Shown here one piece after another: positions 40,201 through 51,000 of a DNA stretch of 64,000 nucleotides (position 1 is the first letter of the stretch; the number at the start of each line of letters is the position of its first letter). Origin of the DNA: a virus. Under the pieces are notes generated by a model. It was not told the DNA's origin. It saw nothing but the letters and a program-made list of their open reading frames with translations, and did not search any database. A program made the position numbers and the translations under genes. Where the stretch lies: positions 1-64,000 of the IMG/VR virus record IMGVR_UViG_3300005573_000064; one strand, written 5' to 3'.

Positions 40201-42090
40201 TAGATACTGATGTCTGGGTAACGGAGCGTCCTCGACTTGAAGAGTGGACAGGTGACTGGCGAACTGAACTGTTACCGAGCTTACGGTGGACATGGGGCTT
40301 AAGGCGTAATAGTCCATGTCCACGATGTCGTTTATGGTCTTGGAGGTTGAGGAGTTCAGCGCCTGCCATACATACGTCCAGACTGCGGAGTTCATGGGAA
40401 TCAGGAACCATAAGTTCGAGTACTCCGACTTCGAAGCTCCGTATGTTTGGTTTTTTGCAGCGACTCTTAAAGCCTCCGCTTTGGCCATTTTCTCCTTATC
40501 GCTCAATTGATTCGACAGGGTTATGTCGTTTATGGTGAGAGACGTGGCGGACTTGTACCCGCTCCTTAACGCTGCCGACTCATACACTTGGATATCCGCA
40601 GAGGTCAAGGCGTGCAGAACATTTCTATCGGATTGAAACTGAAGGAGTGCGAAGGGCTGACCATTGGCCATAAGTGTAACCACTGGGGATTTATCCACCC
40701 TCTCCCATTTGTAAACCCCACTCCTAAGGTTTTGAAGGGCCTTAAGAACCACGGACGAATCCCTGTCAAGAACGGTCTGATTTCCTCCCGGACCTAGTTG
40801 CACCTTGTAACTCCCGGATGACAGGTTCTGACTGAGCACCGACTTGGACGGTCCCCTCCCCGGCACCGGAGTGGTTGGAACGTTCTGAGTGGGTAGTTGA
40901 GACTTGTCAATCAGGGCTTGTTTTCTTGGGATTGAAAAGACCAGATTGGAGTTGAGGCCTGAGTCCTTCGAGGAAAGGGGTGTCGGGCATCTCCTGCCTT
41001 TTACCACATCCTCGCACCACACCTTGAATAACGGCCAGCAAAAGCTTTCCTGATAGCTGCTATTCATGGGAAGGTAGCTCTTCCAGTCAAAGGGCTCGGC
41101 ATCGATGGAGACGGCAATGCCCCCGGGTATTCCCTCAAGGGATGAGATCACGACATCCCTTATGGCCAGCGCGTCAATATTCCAGGATGAATTCAAAAAC
41201 ACATTAGTGACGGGAAGAAACGGCATCCTGTTATATTGCTGAAGGATGGGAATCACAACCTCGTTATATTGTCTTTCTCCTATTGAGGAGAACTCTATTT
41301 GCACTCTTTGTATGGTGTTGTAGTCTACACTGTTAAGATCACCCTGGGATCTTAGAATGTCAACGGCCACCACCCCGTTCTCGGTGGTTATCGTTATGGA
41401 TTTGGGAGGGATGAGAAGGGTCACGTAGCCCAGCCTGAAATAGTTCATCGGGTCATAAAATCTAGCATCCTCTATCGGCAAGTCTATGGGAAATATCGCG
41501 GGCTGAGCCACCGGGGCTGCCGGGTCATAGGTCATAGTCTTCGGAGTGGTCTTATTCGAAGGGTGCTTATTGGAGGAGTCCATCAGGCTCTTCGTCTTAG
41601 GTGTTGAAGGTGCGGACTTTGAGTTTGAGCCCAGGTATGTTGGAGGCCATACGCCATCCACCGGGGATATGACCACACGGCCGGGCGCCTCCGTTAGAGG
41701 GGGAACCTGTCCTTTAATTGATTGACCGTAGATAGTGATGGCGTAAACACCGCCCGGAATTAGCGGCTCGGTTCGAGTCGGGGAGGACCCCATGAGCTTG
41801 ATGGTGAATACCGAGGACACCTGGGACGGCTGATTCTCGCTCGGCCACCGTCCCGGTGATTTGGACAATATCGCCTCATATTCGGATTTAGTATCGCACC
41901 ATTCGGATATTGAGCCGGGAGGGGAGGGGGAGTTGGCCGGAGTTGCGAATATCGGAGTTTGCGTGGCGTCATTTGATATAAGCGTAATCGGGCCCGAAGC
42001 GTCAATAACCGACTCCGGTTCCGCTCTGTAGAACACTCCGATTCCGTTATTGGAGCTTTGATAGATGCCGTATATTACAGTGTTAGCCAT
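34201..42090 (-). CDS. Giant tail/baseplate hub protein with lytic transglycosylase-like and M15 peptidase domains
   Basis: 2629 aa; SLT-like LILGVILAESDG...GLMSV...YDPVANVLAG (about 38500-38790); hub-like LRPGVRIHIRVGYGS...FNGTVSEV; C-terminal SGYR...ARPGYSGHGFGMAAD...HIEL (M15). Confidence 0.85.
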   Translation of the reverse strand: MANTVIYGIYQSSNNGIGVFYRAEPESVIDASGPITLISNDATQTPIFATPANSPSPPGSISEWCDTKSEYEAILSKSPGRWPSENQPSQVSSVFTIKLMGSSPTRTEPLIPGGVYAITIYGQSIKGQVPPLTEAPGRVVISPVDGVWPPTYLGSNSKSAPSTPKTKSLMDSSNKHPSNKTTPKTMTYDPAAPVAQPAIFPIDLPIEDARFYDPMNYFRLGYVTLLIPPKSITITTENGVVAVDILRSQGDLNSVDYNTIQRVQIEFSSIGERQYNEVVIPILQQYNRMPFLPVTNVFLNSSWNIDALAIRDVVISSLEGIPGGIAVSIDAEPFDWKSYLPMNSSYQESFCWPLFKVWCEDVVKGRRCPTPLSSKDSGLNSNLVFSIPRKQALIDKSQLPTQNVPTTPVPGRGPSKSVLSQNLSSGSYKVQLGPGGNQTVLDRDSSVVLKALQNLRSGVYKWERVDKSPVVTLMANGQPFALLQFQSDRNVLHALTSADIQVYESAALRSGYKSATSLTINDITLSNQLSDKEKMAKAEALRVAAKNQTYGASKSEYSNLWFLIPMNSAVWTYVWQALNSSTSKTINDIVDMDYYALSPMSTVSSVTVQFASHLSTLQVEDAPLPRHQYLGGGDGFVSIQGILAGERDLELLRAMLDEVRELGRYYRTMEWDIPYPGFFGIKNSLINSLGLLHFIPINFSVSTVDGFPHLYSYQLDIMEYSPTQMRREEFDVMDKLITNWSLSLATGIPQDKLAQVMAENADKPEYLEKVLGNFYRPLTQADPLMQDIHEGSAMKEWRMSLLDARLRMVEMYPDMCLPSKVKLDHWITILRDWAHTGKDPDDPEDRKLLKSMRSVMSVNKHTLENIMMMAPSNDPMGYAEPDFFCVPAVQPTTWASELVDANFGVEVPTEELNRPSAKANSPKGYAHMLLTDSFGIQAIHKAGSHISSSTPTEDSGEAYAQQQLDLSSAYQTILAGKQSSERYSSSHYGNTPVDTEYAERYWGQTLDGLSLLQMEAGRDAPVWNGYPVLGVQTDPSYATSNYNEVIKDHPALASRVNEFLNRKSTPQIYNAVDLDNKIVTPLLHLIKTNPTQWGISQDVANHLDPGLILGVILAESDGGVRSGSGGGGSHKGLMSVSFSQDAPAIARELNQYTGKGPGEPPLGMDSSGPPPDNAYDALRNNNYDPVANVLAGILLIAGKMAAFSNDPWTMQANGVQGYRGINFGAGEMGGAGYTPGVMAFASLWNNVYSKSSPINNPSRTSPSGKKIYEEVISNAGIPKPEAARYLQMLESGQIGLDSIYRYHLCQMETRLFATPKGEKKTSPWNVVLEKYFPGTKKWEPLQGEARLAILPCLPTNIPIYPDNETTTPKSNLVDSSNMHNGYPYPTEPENGNKEWYGYTVYTDITPAAFPDPSKAANIYDYLYSKKPGALNPPAPSTLPMKFRPMFHDFQKKEYIGRLVGAFPSYLVQLVDGGMWVGIERLSDHFYGMSSVISISIVQTRKDPVDVATLAFSNLYNRLNSMAAMIELQKMQDTRTTDTFESWINGIKQFFTSQVTPDLEARREQWAKMLALRPGVRIHIRVGYGSDASQYPVRFNGTVSEVPTASDICEVVALGDGAELVKEASRNDGHWISDPIDSHQVWQNTGLFNFHGIEPRNIIGQLFSPTSSIIETLTHARWMTDNPYGIVDFGNLDFRAYGSYSLGECGVNLYESTQDPNNKSYAAENWYTINGSIAALHGQTLIGIEMESASPWGIAETCRMAVSDFILAVRPFEYRSTLFYGRDWFPYYYKYKYMTENPFQYNVSAPNPQTGSTAAKDYYVDGVDVLQDTDPDYTTLMESKAFSQFHVISSGYNLISSDITASSDNVLTECQSKYIYGGAWGSAMVYADVMHVDDDIYPQVRKGEVIQSGLLSGPGYGWEGLQRAFTWFTPINVVCHAANMYSAMTLRDAVADMYQGYSMIAGDPYMWPWDYVYFMDRGKLMNGMFQVKEVITQLSLETGYITLVSPDCLVSVASGMDTGVWMSLARFGMTVVSARLYLIAIGTILKAFSRWGLESRIVRWITGRPQAIKEAVAGKAQKAFETIAGDPEATPSETGVKPVDDLLNARKTIRDMGQGIKDAINKGADSPTGSKILGLIKKGWEGLSDAAKGIIKSVYRDIERYGLGSEEPRRATTPEGAQANANASTDTNTATSPDTGGGGEAAAPDETILPTEGETAVTQGETAVTQGETAVTQGETAVTEGETAVTEGETAVTQGETAVTQGETAVTEGEKAVTEGIDVGTQVGSDVAEGATGVGIIPLLVQLGALVITSSLGDMIGRYLAAKKCLVIMPLQVNGFEFSAGIEGHLGSVVGDPISLGDAWWASIFSTSYGREEHGIIGEIIPWVMNFVFPGATMQNPLHTNFSSSEDFIKNKLTKPNTDAWNSYMTSLNNRLAASSQGMSNPQSNYDYLFDGGNTSNTSTPSSPAVNNPNMDYSSNKTSSIYRLPVTPGTHPDLADLNPTFATNLSRFIEDMRKQNIIITVTSGYRGWAEQNAIYLSHHENEKVAARPGYSGHGFGMAADLNVSPSSAWSYVHSEARKYNLWFPIASTDKVHIELIPTIAQGFASSVLKTQPNQIGWDTWLATRESQFGR
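35266..35464. repeat. Coding tandem repeat, 9 x 21 bp encoding GE[T/K]AVT[Q/E]
   Basis: Unit ACCTT[C/G]GGTTACAGC[G/A]GTCTC repeated in frame within the hub gene. Confidence 0.97.
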
Positions 42091-45000
42091 TACTTAAGTA
42101 ATCTCCCGAGAATTAGTTTTTCTATCTTGGCGATATCCGCTTTGGCATCGGTGACTTTCACCGAGACGTGACTCTTGACTTTCGCCTGGGGAATATCCTG
42201 AACATTTTTAACCAGGGATGTAATATCTCCGGCCGTTTCGGAGGATACTGAGATGTGATCTTCAACGTGCGGATCCGGGGGCGGACTTACCGGTTGAACG
42301 GCTCCGTATATTGCGGGGGTCCTTGGAATCATGTTATCAAACGCCATCTTGCCCGAGTACTCGGGGCCTGAGGCCAGGCTCGTAATCTGGCGCGTGTCAT
42401 TTCTTATTATAGCCCGTTTCTCGGTCCCCGAGAGAAACACCCTTCGTTCAGCGGGCATATCACTGCGGCCCGATCTCTTGAACGAGGTCAGGATGGTTCT
42501 CACCTCCTGCAGGTTGACGCCTCTCCCGCGCACCTTCCTGGTGGCCGTGTTGTTTCTTAGCCAGTAGTACAGGTCATTCTCCGAAATATTGAAGCGTTCG
42601 AAGACGGCTTTATGCAGAGTCTCAAGAGAAACCCCCATGATTTCGGAATCTCTTCTGGTTGCGGCCAGCCGTATCTCGCCATCTATCGCGGCCTTGATCG
42701 GGTCGACCCTGGACTTGTCCTTATAATCCCTGAGCTTCCTCCGCTGTTCCTCGGTGTTCATCTCCCCGCTTGTTTCCAAATTTTGGTGAGGCGTAAGGCT
42801 TGAATCGCCTAGAACGTTACCCTCGGTATCCTTTGGAAGCATGGCTTTATATGCGTCCAGCAGGGCCTTGTCCACTTCCTCCTCGCTTACTTTAATTTCA
42901 ACTTTTTTTACCAAAAGGTTTGTAGGTTCGATATTGCGAAGCGACTTGCCAAAATGCCGTTCAAGCTCCGAAAAACCAGGAACGTCAAAAGTAGCGGTCA
43001 AAGTATCAATGGATGTTTTCGCCCAGGGACGATACCTGAGTCTGGCTACGAAATCCAAATATCGCTCCTGTTCAAATTCATCCGGCAGATAATCCTCGTG
43101 CACTATCATTTCGGGGTGTGCTGAAGTGGCGGGGTTTATGTCTCTAAGTTTTGACTGGATAAAATATTCATCCTCCTTGCCAAGGAAGCCCTTTATAAGT
43201 TTAGGATATTTTAGGTATGCGCGTTGCTCGGATGCCGATAGCGAACTTAACTTTCGCGCTATCTCCTCCTCCTCCGTTCTACTCGAGACGGGATCGCTCC
43301 TGTACATGTAGTGCTTTTTAAAGAAATCATACAGCTCCAATTCATATAACGTGGTTTTTCCGTTAACCGCTCTGATTCCCTCGTATGCGTAATCGAATAT
43401 CTGTTCGGTGCTAAGAACTATTCCATCATAGGTATGAAAGGCTTTTCTATATAACAGACTTAGCTTCTTATCCGCCACTATATGGGACCTTGGAATATCC
43501 TTGGGAATATCAACAAGTCCCCTATAGTACGAGGCGATACGCTCCTCTTCACTTAAGCCGGTGTATTTTGCGAAGGCGTCCTCTATGCTCTTGCCGGTAT
43601 TGACCGAATCCTGTGTCAGACTAGGAAGAATCTTTTTCCTGTACATTCCGAGCATGTAGTCGTGGTACTCTAGAGACGCCACTCTCGCATTCATTTTCGC
43701 CCCCCACGCTTTTATCTTGCTAGGTCTTTTAACCTTGACTCTCTTGGGTTTCACAAGAGCCTGGGATTGCTCGGTAATCCTGTTCATCGTATTAACATGT
43801 TCGGATAGATCCTTTTCGATGCTGCTATTCCCTAACCTTAAAGCCATCTTGAAGTTACGCATTACAATCTTGAGAGGGTCGGTGACGGAATGCTCCTTGA
43901 ACGTACCCAGGATTCTAGCCCACAATCTGGAGGCCCAGCCCTTCTCACCCACGCCCCAGTGTGAAGTGGCTATGTAATGGGATATCTCTCTGGCTTTATT
44001 AAGAGAATACCTGGCCCCTCTCGCAAGATGGGAGAATAATCTGGCTGCGGGAGATTTAAGAGAGTCAGACCCCATCCTCGCCTGAGGCGAATTTTTCGGA
44101 AAGAGATAATAGTACCTTTTATGGTAGGGATCTTGAATCTGTGCAAACTGTTTGAGAATATGATCGATGTTATACTGTGCGGTGGATTCTCTGTCAAACG
44201 GCCCATCGGTACCTACGCCCCCTTCCAGATATCCTCTTATCCAACTAGGCAGTCTCTTGTAATTTCCGTAAGTTATTGCATACTCCCTTATGGGATGCGC
44301 TTCGGCAAAATTATCCAGTGTTTCAGTATCCACGGCCCCCCAACGGGCGTTCGCCATATCCACCGCGCCATAACCGGGTACTAGTTTTATTTTTATCCAG
44401 TCTCTATTTCTTGGTTCCCATCCCGTTCTGTTTTCAATATCAATGAGGTTGCTCTCAAGCCTGTCGCTGCTAAAAGTCAGCACCACCATAGGGCCTGTGC
44501 CTTTGGGGTAAGCTGCGTGCACTCGATATTTTTTAGGAAGATAGTTGGGATAACAGCAGAGTATTTTGTCAGCTTCAGACATGCCTTTAGCCATATCTGG
44601 CCACATATAGGCCCCCGGCCCGTAATGGTGAATATAAAAGGTTTCAGGCTTGGCTCCCCACGTAAACACGCCATTCCTTCCGCCAATCGGGATGGCGTGG
44701 AACAAGGCGCCTGACATATTATCCCACCTATCGGAATCACCACCGTATTCGCCCTCCTCCCATCCCCTAACCACTTGTCTAAGATCCCTGTCGGAGGAAT
44801 AGTCCGTAAATAGAAAAGCCTGTACCGAGGACCTGGTAACGGTGGGAGACGCCATGCGATTAACCGTCTTGTAATTAAAAGCGCTCCGAGGAGGAATAAA
44901 GCTCGCTATGGCGAAGGCCATGGCTATTGAGGCGAGAATTGTTAGACCCATGCCTCCTTCCAGACTCTTCATGGCGGCTTTCAAGGCATCCACGCGGGAA

Positions 45001-48000
45001 TGCTCCTTGAAGGTGCCCAGGATTCTGGCCCACAATCTGGAGGCCCACCCCTTCTCGCCAACGCTCCAGTGGCTTATGATGTAGCGACCCAGCTGTCTCG
45101 CCTTGTCAAGCGCGTGAGGAAGGAAGCCTTTTCCAAGAACCCTTCTAGCGATGGGGGATATCGAGGCTCTGGTCAGACTGCGAAATCTGCCAGGGCTCCA
45201 GCGCCTTCTAGCGTGGGAGGGCGGAAGCGAAAGCGGGGATAATGTTTCATCCATATTTAGTTGATCAACTTTGGATTCCTCGTACTTTTCTTCGAAGGGA
45301 TTCTTCTCTTCCTCCTTGGAAGGTATTACAGCCTCTCCTCCGATTATCCTATCTATTTCATCCTGGCTAAACACATATCCCGGTTCCTTTGACAGATAGG
45401 CTTTATATAACTCACTTTCCAGCCCCATTGCATTAATGTTTCTAGAAAAATCTTCATCAGCAGCTTCGGGATCGAGATACTTAGCAAAGTAATGGCGAGG
45501 GAGCGTTGCTTCAAAGCCTATGGCTTTGATATAGCCTTTAAGTCTTTTCGTGGCTTTATCTCTGCGACCTCCCACTTTCCTTGCCAATTCGTTAAGCATA
45601 TCATCATTGGATTTACGGATCGGAGGAGTTAGCTCTCCAGCCTGAGCCCTGTAAAACACTCTTCGCATTATACTGCCTTCAGGACCTGGTCCGAATATCT
45701 CGTACCATATGAGGGACATGAACTCGTTGGCTTTTTGCTCCTCCTCGCCACCAGGATGCACATAACTAGACATGGCACTCATGCGAGCTTTCGTTAGTCT
45801 GCCCTTATCTATAAGATTCCCACGAGAAAATTTCCCAATAGCTATACTAAAGTTGAAGGGGGTTTCGCCAGACATATCGATAGGAATCTCGTGTAAAATA
45901 AGGTCTCTGGCCAAGGAGGAATTTGCATATCTGGAGAAGTGAGTGATTGCTCTGACGCCTTCTATAATGTGTTCTTTATGAAATTTGACCCTCGCCCTTT
46001 GGAGCTCGTCTTGTGGTATTGACCGAAATGTTCTTGTCTGATCCAGCTTAAGATACTCAATGAAGGACAGCGCGTGGCCAAACTCATGAGCCATCGATGC
46101 CGCGATCAGCTCCTCGTCAGACAAATTCCCGAAAGATTTGTGCTGAGATCTCATTAGATCGAAAACGTCACGATTTTCGGCCCATGCGCTCCTATCGTGA
46201 GGTAGCTGAATAAGTCCGTAGTCACATATAGGTGCAAAAGCTGGCTCGGAGAAGGGATACGCACTTATATCCACAAAAGCCAACACCGGGTACTTACGAA
46301 TTATGTGCTTGTACACTCTACTGGCCAGGGGAAGGTCCTTTAGAATTATAAGATTAGTGGTTACGGTGCTATGCTGTCGCAGGTTGACACTCCCGCTTAG
46401 CCAATGCATAAAGTCTTCATCCGAAACCTCGGGCGCAGTCTGGGAGCCGGACCACCCCATCCGATCCAAAGCGTACGCTGCGGCACGCAGCGGCTCAAGT
46501 GTTGAATGCTCCTTGAACGTCCCTAGAATTCTAGCCCATAGTCTGGAGGCCCAGCCCTTCTCACCTACGCCCCAATGGCTTATGACATAGCGACCCAACT
46601 GTCTCGCCTTGTCAAGCGCGTGAGGAATGAAGCCTTTTCCAAGAACCCTTCTATCGATGGGGGATATCGAGGCTCCGGTCAGACTGCGAAATCTGCCAAG
46701 GCTCCAGCGCCTTCTAGCGCGGGAGGAGGAAAGTGAAAGCGGTGGTAATGTTCTAGCCATATTTATAGGTATGGAAGGTAGCGTATTCAGTATTACCAAT
46801 ACTTTTTCCAGGCCGTACTTATCCGATAGCGCCTTAAGTTGGTCACCGGCCTCCAAGGAATTCCTATTTATGCCTCTAATTTCCTCGGCTATCTTTCTTA
46901 CTTCATCCTCACCGTATGCGGAGAAAACATCGTTAAGGTTTGACCTTTGGTACCCTTCGATACGTAACTCGCTCTCACTCTTCTCCATTAGGGGTATTGG
47001 AATAACTCCTCCGGTTATTCTGCTTATTTCATTGGGACTAAATACGAATCCCTCCCCTTTCGCCAAATAGGTTTCGTATAACTTGTTATGCGCTCTTAAA
47101 TTAATGGATAACTGCCTGGGGTTCCTCTCTAAATAACGACCAAAGTATGCATTAAAGTACTCGTCAGGAGTCATTACCCCATAGCCCATGGCTTTGATAA
47201 AGCCTTCAAGTCTTTCCGTGGCTTTGTCTCTGCGACCTCCCGCTGTCCTTGCCAATTCGTTAAACACATCCTCGTTGGATCTGCGGGCCCGAGGAGTTAG
47301 CTTTCCGGCCTGGACCATATGGAATATTCTTCGCATTATACTGCCTTCAGGACCTGGTCCGAACATCTCGTACCACGTGCGGGACATGAACTCGTTGGCT
47401 TTTTGCTCCTCCTCGCCACCAGGATGCACATGAAGACTTATGGCATCCATGCGAGCCTTCGTTAGTCTGTCCTGGTCTATAAGACCCCACAGAGAAACTT
47501 TAGAAACAAAGTTACTCAGATTAAAGGAGAGTCCGTTACGCCTATTGATAGGAATCTCGTATAAAATAAGGTCTTTGGCAAAGGGGGAATTTGCATACCT
47601 GGAGAAGTGAGTAACTATTCTGGTGTTTTCTATAATGTTTTCTATTGCAAATTTGTGCGATACTCTTAGGAACTCGTTTCGTAACGTTGAGTCAAACGAC
47701 TCATATGACGCATTCGGATCAAGCTTAAGGTGCTCCAAGGCGGACAGCGCATGACCAAACTCATGAGCCATCGCTGTCGCGACCACCTCCTCGTCAGACA
47801 AATTCCCGAAAAATTTGTGCTGAGCTCTAATTAGATCGAAAAACTCCCTGTACTTAGGCCACTCGCTCCTATCGTGAGGTAAATACATAATTAGAGAGTA
47901 ATACTGAAATTCAAACCCCGGCTCATCGATGGGGAACCGACCTATATCCACATAACTTAAAATCGGGTACTTACTAATTAAGTGCTTGTACACTCTACTT

Positions 48001-51000
48001 AGCAGAGGCAGATCTTTTAGGATATCAAGATTTTTGATTATGGTGTCACGTTGCCCCTCATTAACAGCCCCGCTTAGCCAATGCATAAAGTCTTCATCCG
48101 AAATCTTAGGCGCAGTCTGGGAGCCGGACCACCCCATCCGATCCAAAGCGTACGCTGCGGCACGCAGCGGCTCAAGCGATGAGTGCTCCTTGAACGTGCC
48201 TAGAATTCTAGCCCACAGTCTGGAGGCCCAGCCCTTCTCGCCAACGCCCCAATGGCTTATGACATAACGACCCAATTGTCTCGCCTTGTCAAGCGCGTGA
48301 GGAATGAAGCCTTTTCCAAGAACCCTTCTAGCGATGGGGGATATCGAGGCTCCGGTCAGACTGCGAAATCTGCCAAGGCTCCAGCGCCTTCTCTCGCGAG
48401 ATGGCGGCATCAGGAATGCGGAGGACCCTATGATTCCGTTTGAGGGCATCCCATTCGGCTCAGCATTCGCCATTACCGTTTTGACTGCGTTGGGCGCCAT
48501 CCCGGGATCAGGCCCAGGTCCGAAATTTTGCTTCAGATAGAGATCATACGCCTTGAATGCATCTTCCTCCGCCTGTGCCGAAAGGAGGCCTTCCTTAACC
48601 AGAAAGATATACTCTTCGGGTGTTGTATTAAGCCCCTGGGCTTCGAAGTACTTTCGCAGCCTTAGGTCGCTTTCCCTCTGAAGCCGTCTGGCCTTTTCCA
48701 GGGTTCGAGCCAGCCTCTCATCACCGGACATTCTAATCGGGGGAGTTAGCTTTCCGGCCTGAGCCATGTCGAACATTCTTCGCATTACACTGCCTTCAGG
48801 ACCCGGGCCACGTAGCTTGTACCACATGCGGAACATGTACTCATTGGCTATTTGCTCGTCCTCCTGCGTGGTGTGCATCCAGCGGTTCCAGGCATAGATG
48901 CGGGCTTCGGTAAGCTTGGTGGTGTCTAGGAATTTCGCAGAACGGAATGTATTAAGTCTGTCAATAGCTGACTGATCCTCCCAAGTAGGGAGTTGTGATA
49001 AAATAAGATCCCTGTACAAAGAGGACTTCGCATATCGAGATCCCGTAATGGCTCTTCTAATGCTTTCCGTAATTGGTGTTGTCCAGTACATCCTTTCCGT
49101 CTTTGACACCTGCATGCTCATGGCATTACTTAACGATACTCTCCGATTGACACCGAAAGTCTTATACGCATCCAAAGCGTGCCCGAATTCATGGGCTAAT
49201 ACCACTGCAGCCGTCTCCTCGTCAGATAACTTTCCTAAGGCTTTATATTGCATTTTGGTCGCTTTCAGAAGTTTATCTCTTACATCTCCCCTAACTATGG
49301 AGAATAGGTGAACGATCCCGTACTCGGAGTTCGGATCAAAACGCGGAGATTGAGACGTATCAGTGCTTATTTTCACAAAAGCCAGAGTCGGGCTTCTAAG
49401 AATTACGTGCTTATACATGCTCCTGACAAGGTTAAGATCCTTTAGGAGATTAAGATTTTCAATTATGGTGTCACGTTGCCGCTCATCGATAATCCCGCTT
49501 AGCGAACTTATAAAAGCTTCGTCCGAAACCTCAGGTGCAGGCTGGAAGTTGAACCCCATCTGAGTCAAAGCGTACACTGCGGCACGCAGTGGCTCAAGCG
49601 ATGAGTGCTCCTTGAACGTGCCCAGGATTCTGGCCCACAATCTGGAGGCCCACCCCTTCTCACCCACGCCCCAATGGCTGATGACATAACGACCCAATTG
49701 TCTCGCCTTGTCAAGCGCGTGAGGAAGGAAGCCTTTTCCAAGAACCCTTCTGGCGATGGGGGATATCGAGGCTCCGGTCAGACTACGAAATCTGCCAAGG
49801 CTCCAGCGCCTTCTCTCGCGAGATGGCGGCATCAGTAATGCGGAGGACCATGTGATTCCCTTTGAGGGCATGCCGTTCGGCTCAGCGTCCGCCATTACCG
49901 TTTTGGCTGCGGTGGGCGCCATCCCGGAATCAAATCCGCGTTCGGAATTTTGCTTCAGATAGAGATCATACGCCTCGGATGCGGCCTCCTCCGCCCCTGG
50001 CGGGAGGTGCCCTTCACTAACAATATTGACAAAACCTTCGGGTGTGATATTAAGTTTATGAGCTTCAAAGAACTTTCGCAGCTTCCGGTCGCTTTCCTTC
50101 CTAAGCCGTCTGGCCTTTTCCAGGGTTCGAGCCAGCCTCTCATCACCGGACATTCTAATCGGGGGAGTTAGCTTTCCGGCCTGAGCCATGTCGAACATTC
50201 TTCGCATTACACTGCCTTCAGGACCCGGGCCACGTAGCTTGTACATCATGAGGAACATGTACTCGTTAGCTATCTGCTCGTCCTCCTGCGTGGTGTGCAT
50301 CCAGCGGTTCCACGCATCGATGCGGGCTTCGGTAAGCTTAGCGGTATCTAGGAATCTACTGCTGTAAAATTGCTCAAGGCCACCAACAGCGGAAGTCCTT
50401 GCACGGGTAGGTAGTTGTGATAGAATCAGGTCTCTGTGCAGAGAGGACTTCGCATATCGGGACTCCATCATGGCACTTCGAATACTTTCAGTGATCGGTG
50501 TTGTCCAGTCCGCCTTCACTTTTAGTGCCTTCTTAATTCCCCTAAGGTACCTTAACGACAGACTCTGATTGACACCAAAAGTCCTATACGCATCCAAAGC
50601 GTGTCCAAACTCATGAGCCATCGCTGCTGCAATCATCTCCTCGTCCGAAACCGCTCCCAGGGCTTTGTTCTGTGTTCTGAGTATCCTCAGAAGCAGGTCC
50701 TTATTCCTGCCACTGGCCATGGAGAGAATGTTAATGGTCCCGTATTCGGAGCCTGCATTAAAACTCGGAGGGCGGGACGTATCAGCGCTTATTTTCACAA
50801 AAGCCAGAATCGGGTTTTCAGTAATTATGTGCTTGTACATCCTCCCGACCAGAGGAAGGTTTCTTAGGAGATTAAGATTTTCGATTATGGTTTCACGCTG
50901 TCGCCAATTGATAATCCCGCTTAGCGAACTCAGAAAGGCTTCGTCCGAAACCTCGGGCGCAGTCTGGGAGCCGGACCACCCCATCTGAGTCGCAGCATAC

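Noticed and set aside
25607-42090. Bacterial contractile injection system (eCIS/T6SS/tailocin) rather than a phage
   Set aside because: No host genes, AAA ATPase or Tss components seen; giant proteins, an intein and a 64-kb uninterrupted single-strand layout fit a large phage better, although capsid and terminase genes are outside this window
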